A DNA stretch of 64,000 nucleotides from contig JADEYG010000003.1 of NCBI GenBank assembly GCA_016906335.1, positions 1 to 64,000 on the forward strand, in the 5' to 3' direction. A program made the translations under genes and the position numbers. Position 1 is the stretch's first letter, and the number at the start of each line of letters is the position of its first letter. The notes below the pieces were generated by a model. It searched no databases. It was not told where the DNA came from and saw only the letters and a program-made list of their open reading frames with translations. This DNA comes from Novakomyces olei (lineage: Eukaryota). This document shows, piece by piece, positions 23,407-36,474 of the stretch.

Positions 23407-24944
23407 ATGGCACCTCGAATCTCTGTTAAAGACCAGGAGACTCGAACAGAGTCGTGCAGGCTTGACATTATTGTTATTGGAGCTGGCCTCGCTGGCCTTG
23501 GAGCAGCAATAAGCTCTGCACTTGCTGGGCATAGGGTACAAGTCCTCGAATGCACTTCCGATATTAGAGAGGTCGGTGCTGGTATTCAGGTCCTCCCAAA
23601 TAGCTCGCGCGTGCTGCAGCATTGGGGACTTGAAGAAGCGCTTACTCCTCACATGACGTTCCCGCGCGTATGCAATTTTGTTGGCTGGAAGGGCAACTTG
23701 ATCTCCTCGCTGGACTTTGCCGAGTCAGAAAAGGCGTATCCGGGAACTTGGTATCGTGACTTCCATAGAGCAGATCTTCAAAAATGCCTCTTAGATCGTG
23801 CTCTTGAATTGGGGGTTAAAGTGACTTGCAGTGTACGCGTTGCAGATGTGGTGAGCGATAACGATCTCAAAGCCACGGCTATTGCTACCGACGGCCGAAA
23901 GTGGGTCGCTGATCTTGTCGTTGGAGCGGACGGAGTCTTTGGCAAGTTGACAGAGAAGCTACTGGGCCGAAGCAATCCGCCAACGAAAACCGGCGATTTG
24001 GCATACCGCTTACTGCTGTCGACCGAGGAAATGCGAAAGGATCCAGAGCTGGAGCCTTTTCTCTCAGATCCACAGGTCAATTATTGGTTAGGCCCCGATG
24101 CTCATGCTGGTGAGTTTAAGCATTCGCTGCCAGCTTCGTCCCGACTAACATTTCATTTTTTGTGCTTTAGTAAATTATGTTTTGCGTGGAGGAAAGCTGT
24201 TCAACATGGTTTTGCTTGTTCCCGACGATATCCCAGAGGAGTCACTTGCCTCCACGATAGAGGGTAACGTGAAAGAGATGTGCGCTTTATTTGATGGCTG
24301 GGATCCGCGCATTCAAAAGCTTTTGAAACTCTGCCAGTCTGTTCAAAAGTGGCGTTTGTGTATACGGTTTGGAGATTTCAATTGGGTGCACCCCTCGGGA
24401 GCCTGGGTCATGATCGGAGACTCGGTGCATGCTACATTACCGTATCTGGCCTCTGGGTACGCAAATTTTGCTTTAATATTGAATATCAACTAATCTGGAC
24501 AGAGCTGGTATGGCGTTTGAGGATGGAGCGGTCCTCGGTGAATGTTTATCACGACTACCTAATGATCCCAATGTATCTAAACTATCCCCCGAATTTATCA
24601 GTGCAAAGAAGCATGCACTGGCAGTTTTCCAGGAATGCCGCAAACAGCGTACGCGAATGATAGTTCAGCGGGGTAATACCCAACAGTATCTGTATCATTT
24701 GCACGATGGACCAGAACAGCAAGAGAGAGACCGTAAAATGCAAATGGTACCGACCCCGGAGGGAGAAGCATTAGCCTGGCGCGACCCTGGTCTTGCCCCG
24801 AAGCTGTTAGGATATGACCATATCGCGGACGTAAGTTGAACATGCATTTATGATTCCATTCAAACTAAGCTAACTATCAAGGTCGATCGTAACTGGAACG
24901 GCAATGCTGGCGTCGAGTCCACAATAGACTGCCCTCGATTGTAA
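23407..24944 (+). CDS. hxnX: FAD monooxygenase, putative 6-hydroxynicotinate monooxygenase; C-terminal PRL (PTS1-like)
   Basis: GAGLAG, ADG and GDSVHATLPYLA motifs; 3 introns; last exon VDRNW...CPRL*. Symbol assigned from cluster context. Confidence 0.75.
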
Positions 24945-25410
24945 GCCGCAAAGATAACGCTTTTAAAAGCCCCAAGAGCAAGCTTGATTTGATTAATTGT
25001 TTGGGATATTTCATACTGTTAATAAGCATTTGGCTAAACTGCAATTGAAAACCTGCTCCTCCATTGGGGAGCAAGAAAGTATGCTCTCGAGCTTGTTGTT
25101 ACCACATATTAGTCTGACTGTAGTGCAATGTCTCAGCCGTCGTACTGTTCTCTTCCAAGACAGTTGTTCTTCATATACCCCCGTCTCTGTCATGGTAAAT
25201 TTGCATTATTTACCGCTCACCGAACGCTTATGACACTGCACGCCCAAAAGCTATGCTTCGTAGCCAATGTGCTGCTATTGGACCCGTAAAAGAGCCGTGA
25301 CCGACAGTAGTAACCCTCCAAATATTTACTTTTACAGCTGCGGCTATACACTAAGGCTATAAACTTTAAGGGATCATCTATTGTAAACGAATATCATCTC
25401 TTGAATTAAA

Positions 25411-26521
25411 CTAGAAGCGTCGAGCAACGCTGCCTGGCGGTGCTGGCATGGCGGCACCAGCAGGAGGTTTGTTTTTCTTTTTAAACTCGTCACACATTTG
25501 CTCAAAAGTAACCCACTCAACTCCCTCGTGTTTGTTGATATACTCAATGATCCTACAATACGGCAAGTTAACACAATTCTAAATACAAAAGTATGGATTC
25601 CCTGCCACTACCATACGTACCTTTCATGCATAAGAATGACGTGTGGTCGCCCAGACACATCTGGATGAATGGTCATGGGGAAAATGAACTCGTCAAATTC
25701 GCGATAAAAGTAATCGAAATGATCCTATCGCAAGTTAGTCCCGAATAAACCTTTGTCTGCAGTAACGCCAACCTTCCAAATATCTTCAATGTCGCGAGGA
25801 TTGACCCATCCATGACTGTTGGGCGCACCCTTGATAAACATCATTGGCGGCAGATCGTCAATGTACCAGCTGCCAGGGATCTCTACAAGCCCAGTATCGT
25901 GGCCCCTTACCAAAGGCTTCATCCAAGTCTGTGCCTTTTGCGTATAGTCGATCTTTGTCCAGGTATCGCCCGTCCTGAGCCAGTACATTTGACAGTCTTC
26001 ATGAGACATGGAATGATCATACTCGATCCCATACTCGAGCAGCATGTCCGCCATTTCAGCGCTCGTCTCCCACCATGGCGCTACTATGCCCCGCGGAGGC
26101 TTCCCACAAAAATCCTTGAGCATATGATACGTCTTGTCCATTATATCGAGCAACTGCTCTTTCGAGAGACTCGAAGGATTCTCGTGCGAGTAACCGTGCA
26201 GACCAATTTCGTGACCGGCATCGCGGACCATTGCGCATTCTTGGGGAAACGTTTCCAGGGAATGTCCGGGGATAAACCAGGAGGCTTTGATATTGTATTT
26301 TTCAAAGAGTTTGAGTACACGCGGCGTTCCCACATGTCCTGCCCAGAGACCTTTAAAAATAAAACAAAAACATCAGTTTAGTATAGAACGACACACGTTT
26401 AACGGTTTGCGATACCTCGACTTATATCGCTCACGCTGTCTTCGCCGCCGTAAGACCCAAGCCAACCAGAGACGGCATCAATGTCAACACCATAGCCCAC
26501 GAGTACCCGCTTTTTGCCCAT
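25411..26521 (-). CDS. hxnM: CE4/polysaccharide-deacetylase-family cyclic imide hydrolase (HpPgdA/PuuE-like)
   Basis: [26 protein letters not shown] and [11 protein letters not shown] motifs; 3 introns. Symbol from cluster context. Confidence 0.8.
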
Positions 26522-26871
26522 TTCACAACTAATTGATACAAATTTAAACCAGTGCTTTACTAAACAATATCGGTTTTTAAAGGCTTTTCAGGCAGTTGAT
26601 AGAGACCTTTTTACCGCTTCTTATGAAGCGGATGCGGGCGAGCAAATATTAGAACCGATAATTTCCCCTATCGGCTGTCAGCCCAATAGTGGGGGTTATC
26701 GTACCTGTCACCGAAGAATGCTGGATGGATTGCTTGAAATCTATTATTATGTTACTTGACAAAAGCTCACAGCGAATGTTATCTGACCAAACAAAATCAT
26801 GTTTTAAAATGGAAGCTACACGCAAATATTAAAAGCGATAATTAAAGGCAGAGTCAGAGCACAACTTGTAT

Positions 26872-28011
26872 CTAGACTTTAGCAGTAGCGGGAGCAGGAG
26901 CGGGAGCAATGCCCTCCTGTTGCGCATTATTTTTGTACGCTTCAGCTCTACCATAGCTTAGTTTGTATGATTCAGTAATCATATCCTGTACCGTGATGGG
27001 TGGATATTTAGGCGCTTCTCCCTCTGCTCGACAGTTTGGCAAGCATTCACAAATATAATCGGGATTCCCACTGAAAAAGAAGGGAATCGAGTATCTTTCA
27101 CGACCAGACTTGTTGATGACACGGTGAGTATTGGATTTGTACCTATCGTTGGACATGCGCATGAAAAGATCGCCGAGGTTAACAACGTAAGCACCTTTCA
27201 CGGGTTTGACCTAGCAAATTAATTAGTGACCATTTGTTTTGCGTAAGAGGAATATCTTACGTCCAACCATTGCCCTGTAGGCGCATGCAGAACTTGAAGC
27301 CCGTCCACTTCATCTTGTAAGAGAAGTGTGATACAGCCAAAGTCGGTATGCGCTCCAATACCGCGACTCAGCTTCTCGTCGGAATCTTTTTCTTGGGGCG
27401 GATAGTGCAGATATCTCATTGTAGCAACAGATTCATCTGTAAGAGGCTTGAAGAACGAAGAATCCACCCCCACGGTCTCGGAAACAACAGCCAAAACGTC
27501 TTTGGCGAGATCCAAGACGGTATGATAGTATTCCATACTGGTCTTTTGGAATTCCTCCTTGTCCGGTACGGTCGGAGGCCATTGGTTTGGGCCACTGTTT
27601 ATTTTATTGTTGATGAAATACGGATGATCCTTGGAAATTTCCTCTCCGATATACAATCCCTCCTTCAATTCGGGCTTTGTACCGGCCTCAAGCATTTGCG
27701 AGCGCAATAGCTCATAGCCCCTGTTGAACGAGTTGTTATCTGTCTCTGTAAGCTCCAAAGTATACTTTAATGCATATGCAATTACTCTTGTCAATTTTCA
27801 GCTTTTCTTCCAGCGGAAGGGTAAAAAACCGCTTTGAGCAATTCAGCACACGTTCCTGCAGTTCTATGGGTACCCGATGTCCAGTGATTTGGAAAAAGCC
27901 ATTATACAGGCACGACCGTCTGACTTGGTCTACTAGCTGTGCTCTGCCCTCTGCATCATTGCCATAAAATGGCGAAAAGTCCAAGACTGGTGGTGCTGTT
28001 GGCGTATCCAT
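26872..28011 (-). CDS. hxnY: 2-oxoglutarate/Fe(II) dioxygenase (thymine-dioxygenase/IPNS-like)
   Basis: GFFQITGH, HTD, H and RYS motifs; 2 introns. Symbol from cluster context. Confidence 0.78.
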
Positions 28012-28978
28012 GCTCTTTGCTGCTGCTGGTCCAATATGCAGTCAAACCTGTTAAATAATTTAATCGATTTCGGCACCACCACAACTGCCGAGCTGCTTGT
28101 CTTGAAACAAGTTCCGTAGGCCAAAAGTGTGCCATGTTTATATATGAATTTTAATCATACGCTGCGACTCGAATATCCCACGCAAAATTTGTACAAGTTT
28201 GGTAATTACCTCGACAAGTTTTGTATTGGTAAATTCATACTTTTGCTTTGCGACTTGAATTATCCAATGCCTCATTGGGGAATACGTATTCAACAACAGG
28301 TGGATGGGCACAATCGAATACTACGTCCACAATGATTCCCCAACGATTGAGCTATCGGCGGTAGCAAGACACAAATTGTCGAGCGTCTAATCTCGTGCGA
28401 CTTTGGCTTAAATGCGGATTTTTGTTTACTTTACTACAGCTGGATCAAAGTTAGACAGACTGAGGACTTTACATATGCATTGACTCTCAGAATATAATTA
28501 TTTGGTCTTAGCAAGCAAGGTTTTATTCTTTTCCGGACAATTCCACTTTTACTTGCGGCAACGCTTGTTAGAACACTGCAGGGCTAGACACACACCGCGA
28601 GCTCAAAACTACGCTCTAAATTGCAAGATTGGGTCGAAGCAAGTTTAAAAGACGTGCTACACAAGCTGATTTAGACAATCAGCTCGTGCGTATTTTGGGC
28701 CAAGGCACCGACCGATAAGCAAAAACTCGGCAGATTTGCCCGAGTTTTAAAAATGTATTCATTTAAAATTAAAATCAGAAAGCGACAATAGACTTGTCTG
28801 CACAAATATTACTTGTTATCGCGTTTGCAGCTTGAGATTACTTGGGTCCGTCCATGTCCCGTCCCGGCGTGCTGGTGTGCTTATCTTTTCATAGTAGTAG
28901 CCACTATATTTTAAAGAATGGGGGTACGCAAACTCATCTTCCACCCAACGACAATTAAGCGCAAGTAGGCCGTATACG

Positions 28979-31792
28979 ATGAGCCATGCTTGCGTGTTCC
29001 CCGGCTGCGGCAGACTTTTTTCCCGGGCAGAGCATCTGCGACGGCACGCATTGAATCACGAGAAGCCGCGAGACGGGTATACGTGTGAACGGTGCTTTGT
29101 TCATTTCCAGCGACCAGATCTTTTAGGTGAGTTCCGCGTCCTTACCGCCTCTCCCCCCACTATTGTAACTTTTATTGGCAAACAAGTCGGCAAACAAGAA
29201 ATATTCTTACAATTTACAATTTTTACTATTATTCATTAGTTAATTTAATTCTTTCTCCCCCACTCCCATTTTTACTCCTTTTATTCGTTTGTTATTAGTG
29301 GCCAAAAGTGGGGTTACTAATGTTCAAGCTCGACATACGCAGCGACACACGCAACGTGACGCAGAAGCTGGAGGCCCCGGGCAGGGCACTTTAAAGACGC
29401 GAAAACGAACACGCCGAGCGGAGGATGGGAATATTATCGTGCGACCTTCGCAGCGGCAGGTCAGATCTGCCAAGCACAAGTCTCAGCCGATCAGCAATTG
29501 CCCTAGCATGAACGAGATGAGTGATGACACGGCGCGGCATAGCGGGACGCCTGCCAATTCGCAGCAGGATGTGCACCATATGCCGCTCTCGCCGCCCGGA
29601 TCCAGCGCGGAATCATCGTCCATGTCCATTATTGATGACACAGATCCTTTGTTAGCGCCGATAATGCCTGCAAATCCGTTTGAGCCCTATGCGGAACCCA
29701 TGCCTGGACAGTTTGACGCGGCAGACGGGTCGTTTAATATAGATTTGAACGGCACAGGCGATCTTTTCGGCATGGATACAGGTATTGGATTTTCGTTTTA
29801 TTTTTAATTATTTTTATTTTTATTTTTATTGTTTTTAATTTTGTTTTAATTTTGTTTTTTGTTTTCTTTTTTACTTTACGTGACTTGTGTCAAATACAAC
29901 CATGCTAATGTTTACAAGCGACGGATTTTAATTTACCCTTTGCTGCCACTTTTAATTACAACTGGCTGTTTGATGTCTCCTCGCTCGACGATGCTTTTGA
30001 CCACTTTGATTTTTCAGTGGGATTTGACACGGTCCCGGCTCTGGACGTTCCTGAATCGTGTGGCGTGCAACAGCAGCGCATTGAAAAATTTGATGCGCCA
30101 TCAGCCCTGTTGGAGATAGCGTCTACGACGTACAAGGGAGATGTGCCACGAGGCATGTCTGTACCCTTGGCTTCGGCTATACCAGACCTTGACTGGGTTT
30201 CCGGCTCGAATATCCTTGATACTAGCAATGCCTCACACTTACCGAGGATATCGGAGGATGAACGCAAAGGCCTCTTGTCCCTAGTGGCATGGGCACGCCC
30301 CAAGGACTTGGACGGACATCCAATTTCTCTCGATTCTGGGCTGCTAGCATTAACGGCATTACAGGGCTATTGCGATCTCTTTTTCACTCGATTCAACACC
30401 GTATATCCTCTCATTCATCAGCCTACTTTTGACCCGAAGACTGCTGACCCAGTATTTCTTGCTTCTATTGTTTTTATGGGAGCCACATATAGCTCTCGGG
30501 ATGCTCATCAGCTGGCGGTTGAGGTGCATGACGTGCTTCGGAATCAGCTTTTGTGCCACCCAGATTTTTCGCCACAGCCTGATCTTTGGGTTCTGCAGTC
30601 TATGTTACTGATTGATTGTTTCGGGAAGCTGAGAGCGGGTCCCAAGCAGAGAGAGCGAGCACAGCTTTTTCATTGCGTGCTCATTAAGCTTATCAGACGG
30701 AGCAATTGCTGTGCAGTACCGGATATGTCAGGACTACCCAGGTCCGATAACCTGGATCGCGACTGGCGCAATGCCATAGAAGCGGAGCAGAGAAAGAGGG
30801 TGGCTTTTCTTTGTTTCATGTGGGACACACAGCATGCAGTTTTGTTTTCACAGTCGCTCTGTATGTCTGCTTTTGAGATCAGATCTGCCCTGCCTTGTAG
30901 CGCTGCCGCTTGGGAGGCTACTTCGTCTCGGGAATGGAAGCATTATGCGTTTAGCGAGACAAACAAACCCTTCCTGTCGGTACTAAAAGGCTACATATCA
31001 CCGACTGCAATGGCACGAGTCAAGGATTTAAATGTTTTTGCCCGAATGGTTGTTTTCCATGGACTCATGTCAGTCTCTGCGGATCTCAAACGTCGCGATC
31101 AAACCACACTACGATCGGAAACGCCGGAGCGTGTTGGCGTATGGACACCGCGCATGCGACGGTCGTATGATCTGTGGAAAGTCGACTTTGACTCTGCCAT
31201 TTTGGCCATCAAGCTAGCTCAAGCTGCGAGTATGAAGCAGTTTACCGCTTTAAAGATGTCTGCGCATGCGCTCTACCATGCGGCAACGATTGCCCTCAAT
31301 GTTGAGGTACTGGATTTGCAAATAGTTGCTGGTGCTTCACATATACTGGGCCGTGCTGTTACAGACAGGGACAGGGAGAGGTCGGCCCTATGTATCAAGA
31401 AATGGCTTGAGCAGGACTTGGACGGTCCGTCTCTCATTGCGCGCCAGGCCTCTTTCTTTCTGCAGGATGCGGTCATGAGTTTCCATGATTGGGATCAGAC
31501 AGACTCCTTCCATTTCCCTTGGTGCCTGTATCTCTCTACTCTAGTATGCTTGGTTTTCTACCAAGGGCTGGATGATTCTCGCAATGACTCTCGCTCTGAT
31601 TCTCGAACAACGACTGATCTTTCGTCTCTAGTTGCAATGATGATAAATTGCTCAAACACAAATCAGCGGACGTCGGTCCTGGCAAGGTATGATTTCAGAC
31701 CTCTTGCTGCTGCAATTTCAAAGGAATTGGCAACCGTGCGCTGGTCCGTGGTACACGATGCAATGAAGGTGCTGGTACGGCTGTCTTTGTGA
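28979..31792 (+). CDS. hxnR: C2H2 zinc-finger plus fungal-specific TF domain transcription factor
   Basis: CVFPGC..FSRAEHLRRH and CERC..FQRPDLL-RH fingers; FNTVYPLIHQPTF middle-homology region; 2 introns. Symbol from cluster context. Confidence 0.78.
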
Positions 31793-32282
31793 ATACTCGG
31801 CGTACCCTGCTTCGTGTTTTCTGTGTATATCTTTCAAATGTGTGTTTTATGGGAGAGCGTTTGTACTATAAATCTCGAATTTACTCTGTAAACGAATATT
31901 GTAGACGGTTGTAGACGGTTGTAGACGAGTGTATAAAACCCACATATTTACGAAATTGCACTTGGCCGCGGCAGAGAATAATGGTTATCCGACCTGATCA
32001 TCGTAGACCGCACAAGGGTCTCGTATACCAAATTAGTGGCCGAAAAGCGGGTGGAAAAAGCTGCAAATTAGCCGTTGCCTGGCCGATAAGCTTTCTATTC
32101 TATAGATTAACCCTAAACATAGCCGTGGTGCATTAAACAATGCTTCTAGACGGCCGCCTATTTCTACAAGCCCTAAGACCACGTATTGTCTTGACCAAGA
32201 AAAGTCACATCGCAAAGGCATTGCTAGTTGGGAACTAACCGTCAATGTAAATTTTTAAATTCCTTCTATACTAAACTCTTGT

Positions 32283-34544
32283 CTATGTTTTCAGAAACGT
32301 AAAGTATTGCTTTATCCACTGTACAGCTCGATCAGCCTCATCGACACTGCACGACTCGAGCAAGCCAACGTACCCGTCAGGCCGGACAATCGCAATCCCG
32401 GCACTTTGAGCAGGCAAGTTTGGAAACCATTTTTCTGTACATTTTGGGGTGCTTGTGTCGTCGAGATAGAGGGTCCAGCGACTGGCGCGCATGATCTCTG
32501 GCAGATCGGCAATCTCAAAATCCTTTCTCTCTGACTGCGTGACAGTGGCAAAAGTGAAGGCCTCCGATATCGGTGTGTACCGCTGCGGTAGCGAGTAAGC
32601 GTCCGTTGCCCTTGGGCGGCTCTTGTACGACCGTGCGGCTTCAGTATTGACTTGGGCCAGAGTCGGAGTCAGACTAGTGTAAAACTGCCGTAAGAACGCC
32701 ATCGAGCGCAAGATATCCGGCACAAAGAGAAACACACGGAACTGGCTGAGCAGGGGGATATCGAGCTGCAGCTCGACCGGGTTGGCGTCCACGTACCGTG
32801 TGACCAGTGCAGACGGCTGCAGCATACCCGGACGCAGTATGGAGCCGGCATTGCTCTCGTCTGCCCAGGTCAACAGTCCCTCCGAGTATTCGGCTCCCAG
32901 CCCAGAAATAAAGCGAATATTATCGTCAAAATTTCTGGCCAGTGCTTCGTCTCCTTGGGCAAAGGCCTTGCAGTGCTCGGCGTCAAAGGCAATTAGATCA
33001 TTGGCTATTTTTTGCCTTTCCTCCTCGTACGTGCGAAGAAGCGCTGGACTCGCGAGTCCACGGAGCACAAGATTCAGCTTCCATGCGAGATTAAAACTAT
33101 CGTGCATACCTGGCAGAGAAAAGACCCACGCGTTAGTCTGTGTCTATGCGTACATTCAAATTGGCTTACTTGTGTTTGCGCCCTGAGCGGCTAGTGCACT
33201 GTGCGTATGACCGGCCTTGAAGATTAGCATTGGCCACAACCAAATGATTTTTATTTTATTTTTTATTTTTATTTTTATTTTTATTTTTATTTTTATTTTT
33301 ATTTTTATTTTTATTTTTATTTTTATTTTTATTTTTATTTTTATTTTTATTTTAATTTTAATTTTAATTTTAATTTTTTTTATTTTTATTTTTCTTTTTC
33401 TTTTCCCCAAATTCATTTGCTTGATTTGAATTCAACCTACGTCTCCAGCAATAAACACACGGGCCTCTGGATCCATGAAATGCTTTGCCACTCGCTGTGA
33501 TACGACATAGTTCCCGAACCATTCGATCGTCTTCCACTCCAAGTGGAACGGCGCCATTGCCTCCTTTGCCACCTGCATGACGTACTCCTTTGTGGCCTTG
33601 GCCTTGTCCACTCGCTCTCCGTCAGTGGAGCTCAGCTGCACGTACAGCCGGGTCATACCCCGCTCACGGGGTATCCACAGAATAGACCCCACCGTCTCAG
33701 ACCGGACGGCAACTTTGCTCCATAAATCGGGAAAGTCCGTCTCCACAACCCCGTCCAAGACGCCCCAAGACGCGTTTGTAATCTCACCCTCTAGCTGAGC
33801 GTCGGGAATAAAAGCCCTCACTCTAGACCGAGCTCCATCACAGCCGACCAGGTAGTCTGCCCTAATCGTGGAAAGTGCGTTGCCCGCTCCCACGTTCTCA
33901 TACACCACATCCACCTTGCCGGTCTCTGGCACACGTGCGCAAGAGACAAACTTACTACTGCGCTGGACAAATGCACCGTTCGACTCCATATCGTCAATCA
34001 AAACGTCCTCGACCATTCCCTGGTGCGCAAGCAGGATATACGGATCAGCTGCGCCCACCAAGTGCCGGGGGTAGTGGATCTGGCGGCCCGTACGCTTCAG
34101 CGGCTTTCCCTCACGAGACTCCTATCGCTTGTTTAGCAATTGAAAAATGACCCGTTGCTCAAGTCGCGTTCGTTACCCAAAAGGAAATATCATAAACGCG
34201 CGCACCTTTTTTCAATAAAGGCTCGGCCAGACGCAATTGCTTAAAAGTGTCGATCGTTTTCGGCTGCAGACCATCCGCCTTGCCGGTAGAGGTCTTGTCC
34301 GGTCGGTCGTCGAGCAGAACGACGTCGATCCCGTACCGCACCAGGTTGGACCTGTTGCGTGGAGCAGGTTAGCAGTTGTTTGGAACAGACACTTTTTAAA
34401 CGCAAAAAAAAAAAAGAAGAGAAGAAAAGCTTACGCCAGCATCAAGCCAGAGGGGCCTGCGCCTACTATAACTACACTCGCCGTATTGGAATCAATATGC
34501 TTTTGGCTCTCATGGTCGCCTGTCTGCATCACGCTCGGGGCCAT
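32283..34544 (-). CDS. hxnV: Phenol-2-monooxygenase-like FAD enzyme
   Basis: [60 protein letters not shown] motifs; multi-exon. Symbol from cluster context. Confidence 0.78.
33248..33391. repeat. (TTTTTA)n microsatellite inside an hxnV-like intron
   Basis: Directly visible; flanked by GT...AG on the - strand. Confidence 0.9.
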
Positions 34545-34736
34545 TGTATCGATCTTTATTCTTTTCTCCTGCATTGGGTTGACAAGCGTTTCAATTTATC
34601 TGCAAATATACATACTATAAACGTATACGCACTATAAAATACAAATCAGGTGGCTAGACCCCCACTCATGCCCATTCAAGCCCACGTAACGCGCGGGCTA
34701 AAAGATAACCCCCACTCTTGTATAATAAATAGTACA

Positions 34737-35829
34737 TTACCATTTAGTCACACCGCCATCCACGACAACGTCCTGCCCGGTCATGTAAGCGCTGGCATCA
34801 CTGGCCAAAAACACACAGGCTCCCATGATGTCCTCCGGCTCAGCAATGCGACCATTCATGGCCTCCGTCTTCCAGCTTTCTAGTAGATGCGGAAACTAGT
34901 CGGTTAGTTTGGTCTCTGTATTAAGAAAAAAAATTAATTATTTAATTAGACGGTAAAAAGCACAAAAGAGCGGCTTACAGATGCTGTCATCTCAGTCCTG
35001 ACGTAGCCCGGTGATATAGAGTTTACACGGATTCCCTGTGATGTATATAAGCATGCGCTTTCCTCAATGTCATTTTGAATTACATATTCAGCCAGCTCTT
35101 TAGCGATAGCTGGGCACATTGCCCGCACAGCCCCCTTGCTTCCACAATACGCGCTGCAGAACTGGCTACGCACGGCAATATGGCTGGCCATGCTTGCAAC
35201 CAGTACGATGCTACCACATTTTGTGCCATTTGCGACCATTTGCTTAGCCGCTAGTTGAGCTGTGAAATACAATCCCAGAACATTAGTAGCAACAAGGTCC
35301 TGGTGGTCCTTGTACGTAAATTCGAGAAAGGGCAAGTGCCGGTTGATACCGGCGCACGGAACACAAATGTCCAAGCGATTGTTGAAATCTGCCTGAAACC
35401 TGGAAAACCCGGATTGCAATGACTCCTCTGACGCCACGTCAACCCTTACAGTATCAGCATTTTGAAACTTCAATCCGCTTTTTTTTTAATGTCTTTATTT
35501 TATTATTATTATTATTATTTTTATTGTTTTTTGGGGAGTTTTTTGTTTTCTTTTATTATTCGTTTTCAAACTGACTTGTAGTATGCAGTGCGGACCTGGC
35601 ACTCTTTCTCAATGGCATGAAACGCCTGCTCCGGTTCCACGACATCAAATACTGCAATGTCTGCGCCAGCCTCAGCCAAGCCTCGGGCGAATGCGAGCCC
35701 GCAGCCCCTGGCACCGCCGGTGACAAGTGCAGTGCGTCCTTGAAGAGAGAACTGGAAGAGCTAACAAAAGAAAGAAGATTCGGTTAGATAAAAGTCGGCA
35801 ATTTTGAAGCTTTTTCATACTCTAGACAT
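34737..35829 (-). CDS. hxnW: Short-chain (polyol) dehydrogenase/reductase
   Basis: TGGARGCG, YCGSK, VNSISPGY and YMTGQDVVVDGG motifs; multi-exon. Symbol from cluster context. Confidence 0.75.
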
Positions 35830-36474
35830 TGACAATACAGGGCAATGCACGGCCAAAAGTTTAGCAGTATCAGACAGTTTGCGTGTGTAAGAGTATAAAC
35901 GCGTACTTCAAACCATAAGTTTACAGGGCTTTTCCACCTGCCGCTTATCACCCATACGGTCGGCAAAACCTTATAACCCCCATTCTTGGCATTAACCCTA
36001 ACTAACCCTTGATCATTACGGCGTTTCCCGTGGGCTGTGGCTGCAGGGTCGACTACACTAAATAAGCGCATTCGGCAAGACAAAATAATGGCAATTAAAA
36101 TTTCATAAAAGAGTGTATCGCTATTTTTATCGGGTTAAAGCATTCTTCGACGATACACCAAGGGTGGTGGTGGTGGTGTTTGCCGCCCACGCTACAATTT
36201 TGCCTCTCCCGTGGCAGTTGGAGGGAACAAGTAATACCCGGAAAAATCCTGGCCCACGGCAAATTGTCACAGAAAATAAAAGAACAAGTAATAGGCCCTA
36301 TAGCCCCCACCCTTGTACTTTTGCCTGTGCTCGCTGATTACGATAAATAAGGACGACCCCAATCCTCCGTCTGAACCACTCACTCTTCTTTTCCACTCTC
36401 TTCTAACCTCCTAATTGCCCTTTGGCATAGTACCCGTGGCTTCAAGTCTTTTCTACAAAGCAAAGCAAAGCATT

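Noticed and set aside
33156-33429. KIKIKI / IFIFIF ORFs
   Set aside because: Translations of an intronic (TTTTTA)n microsatellite.
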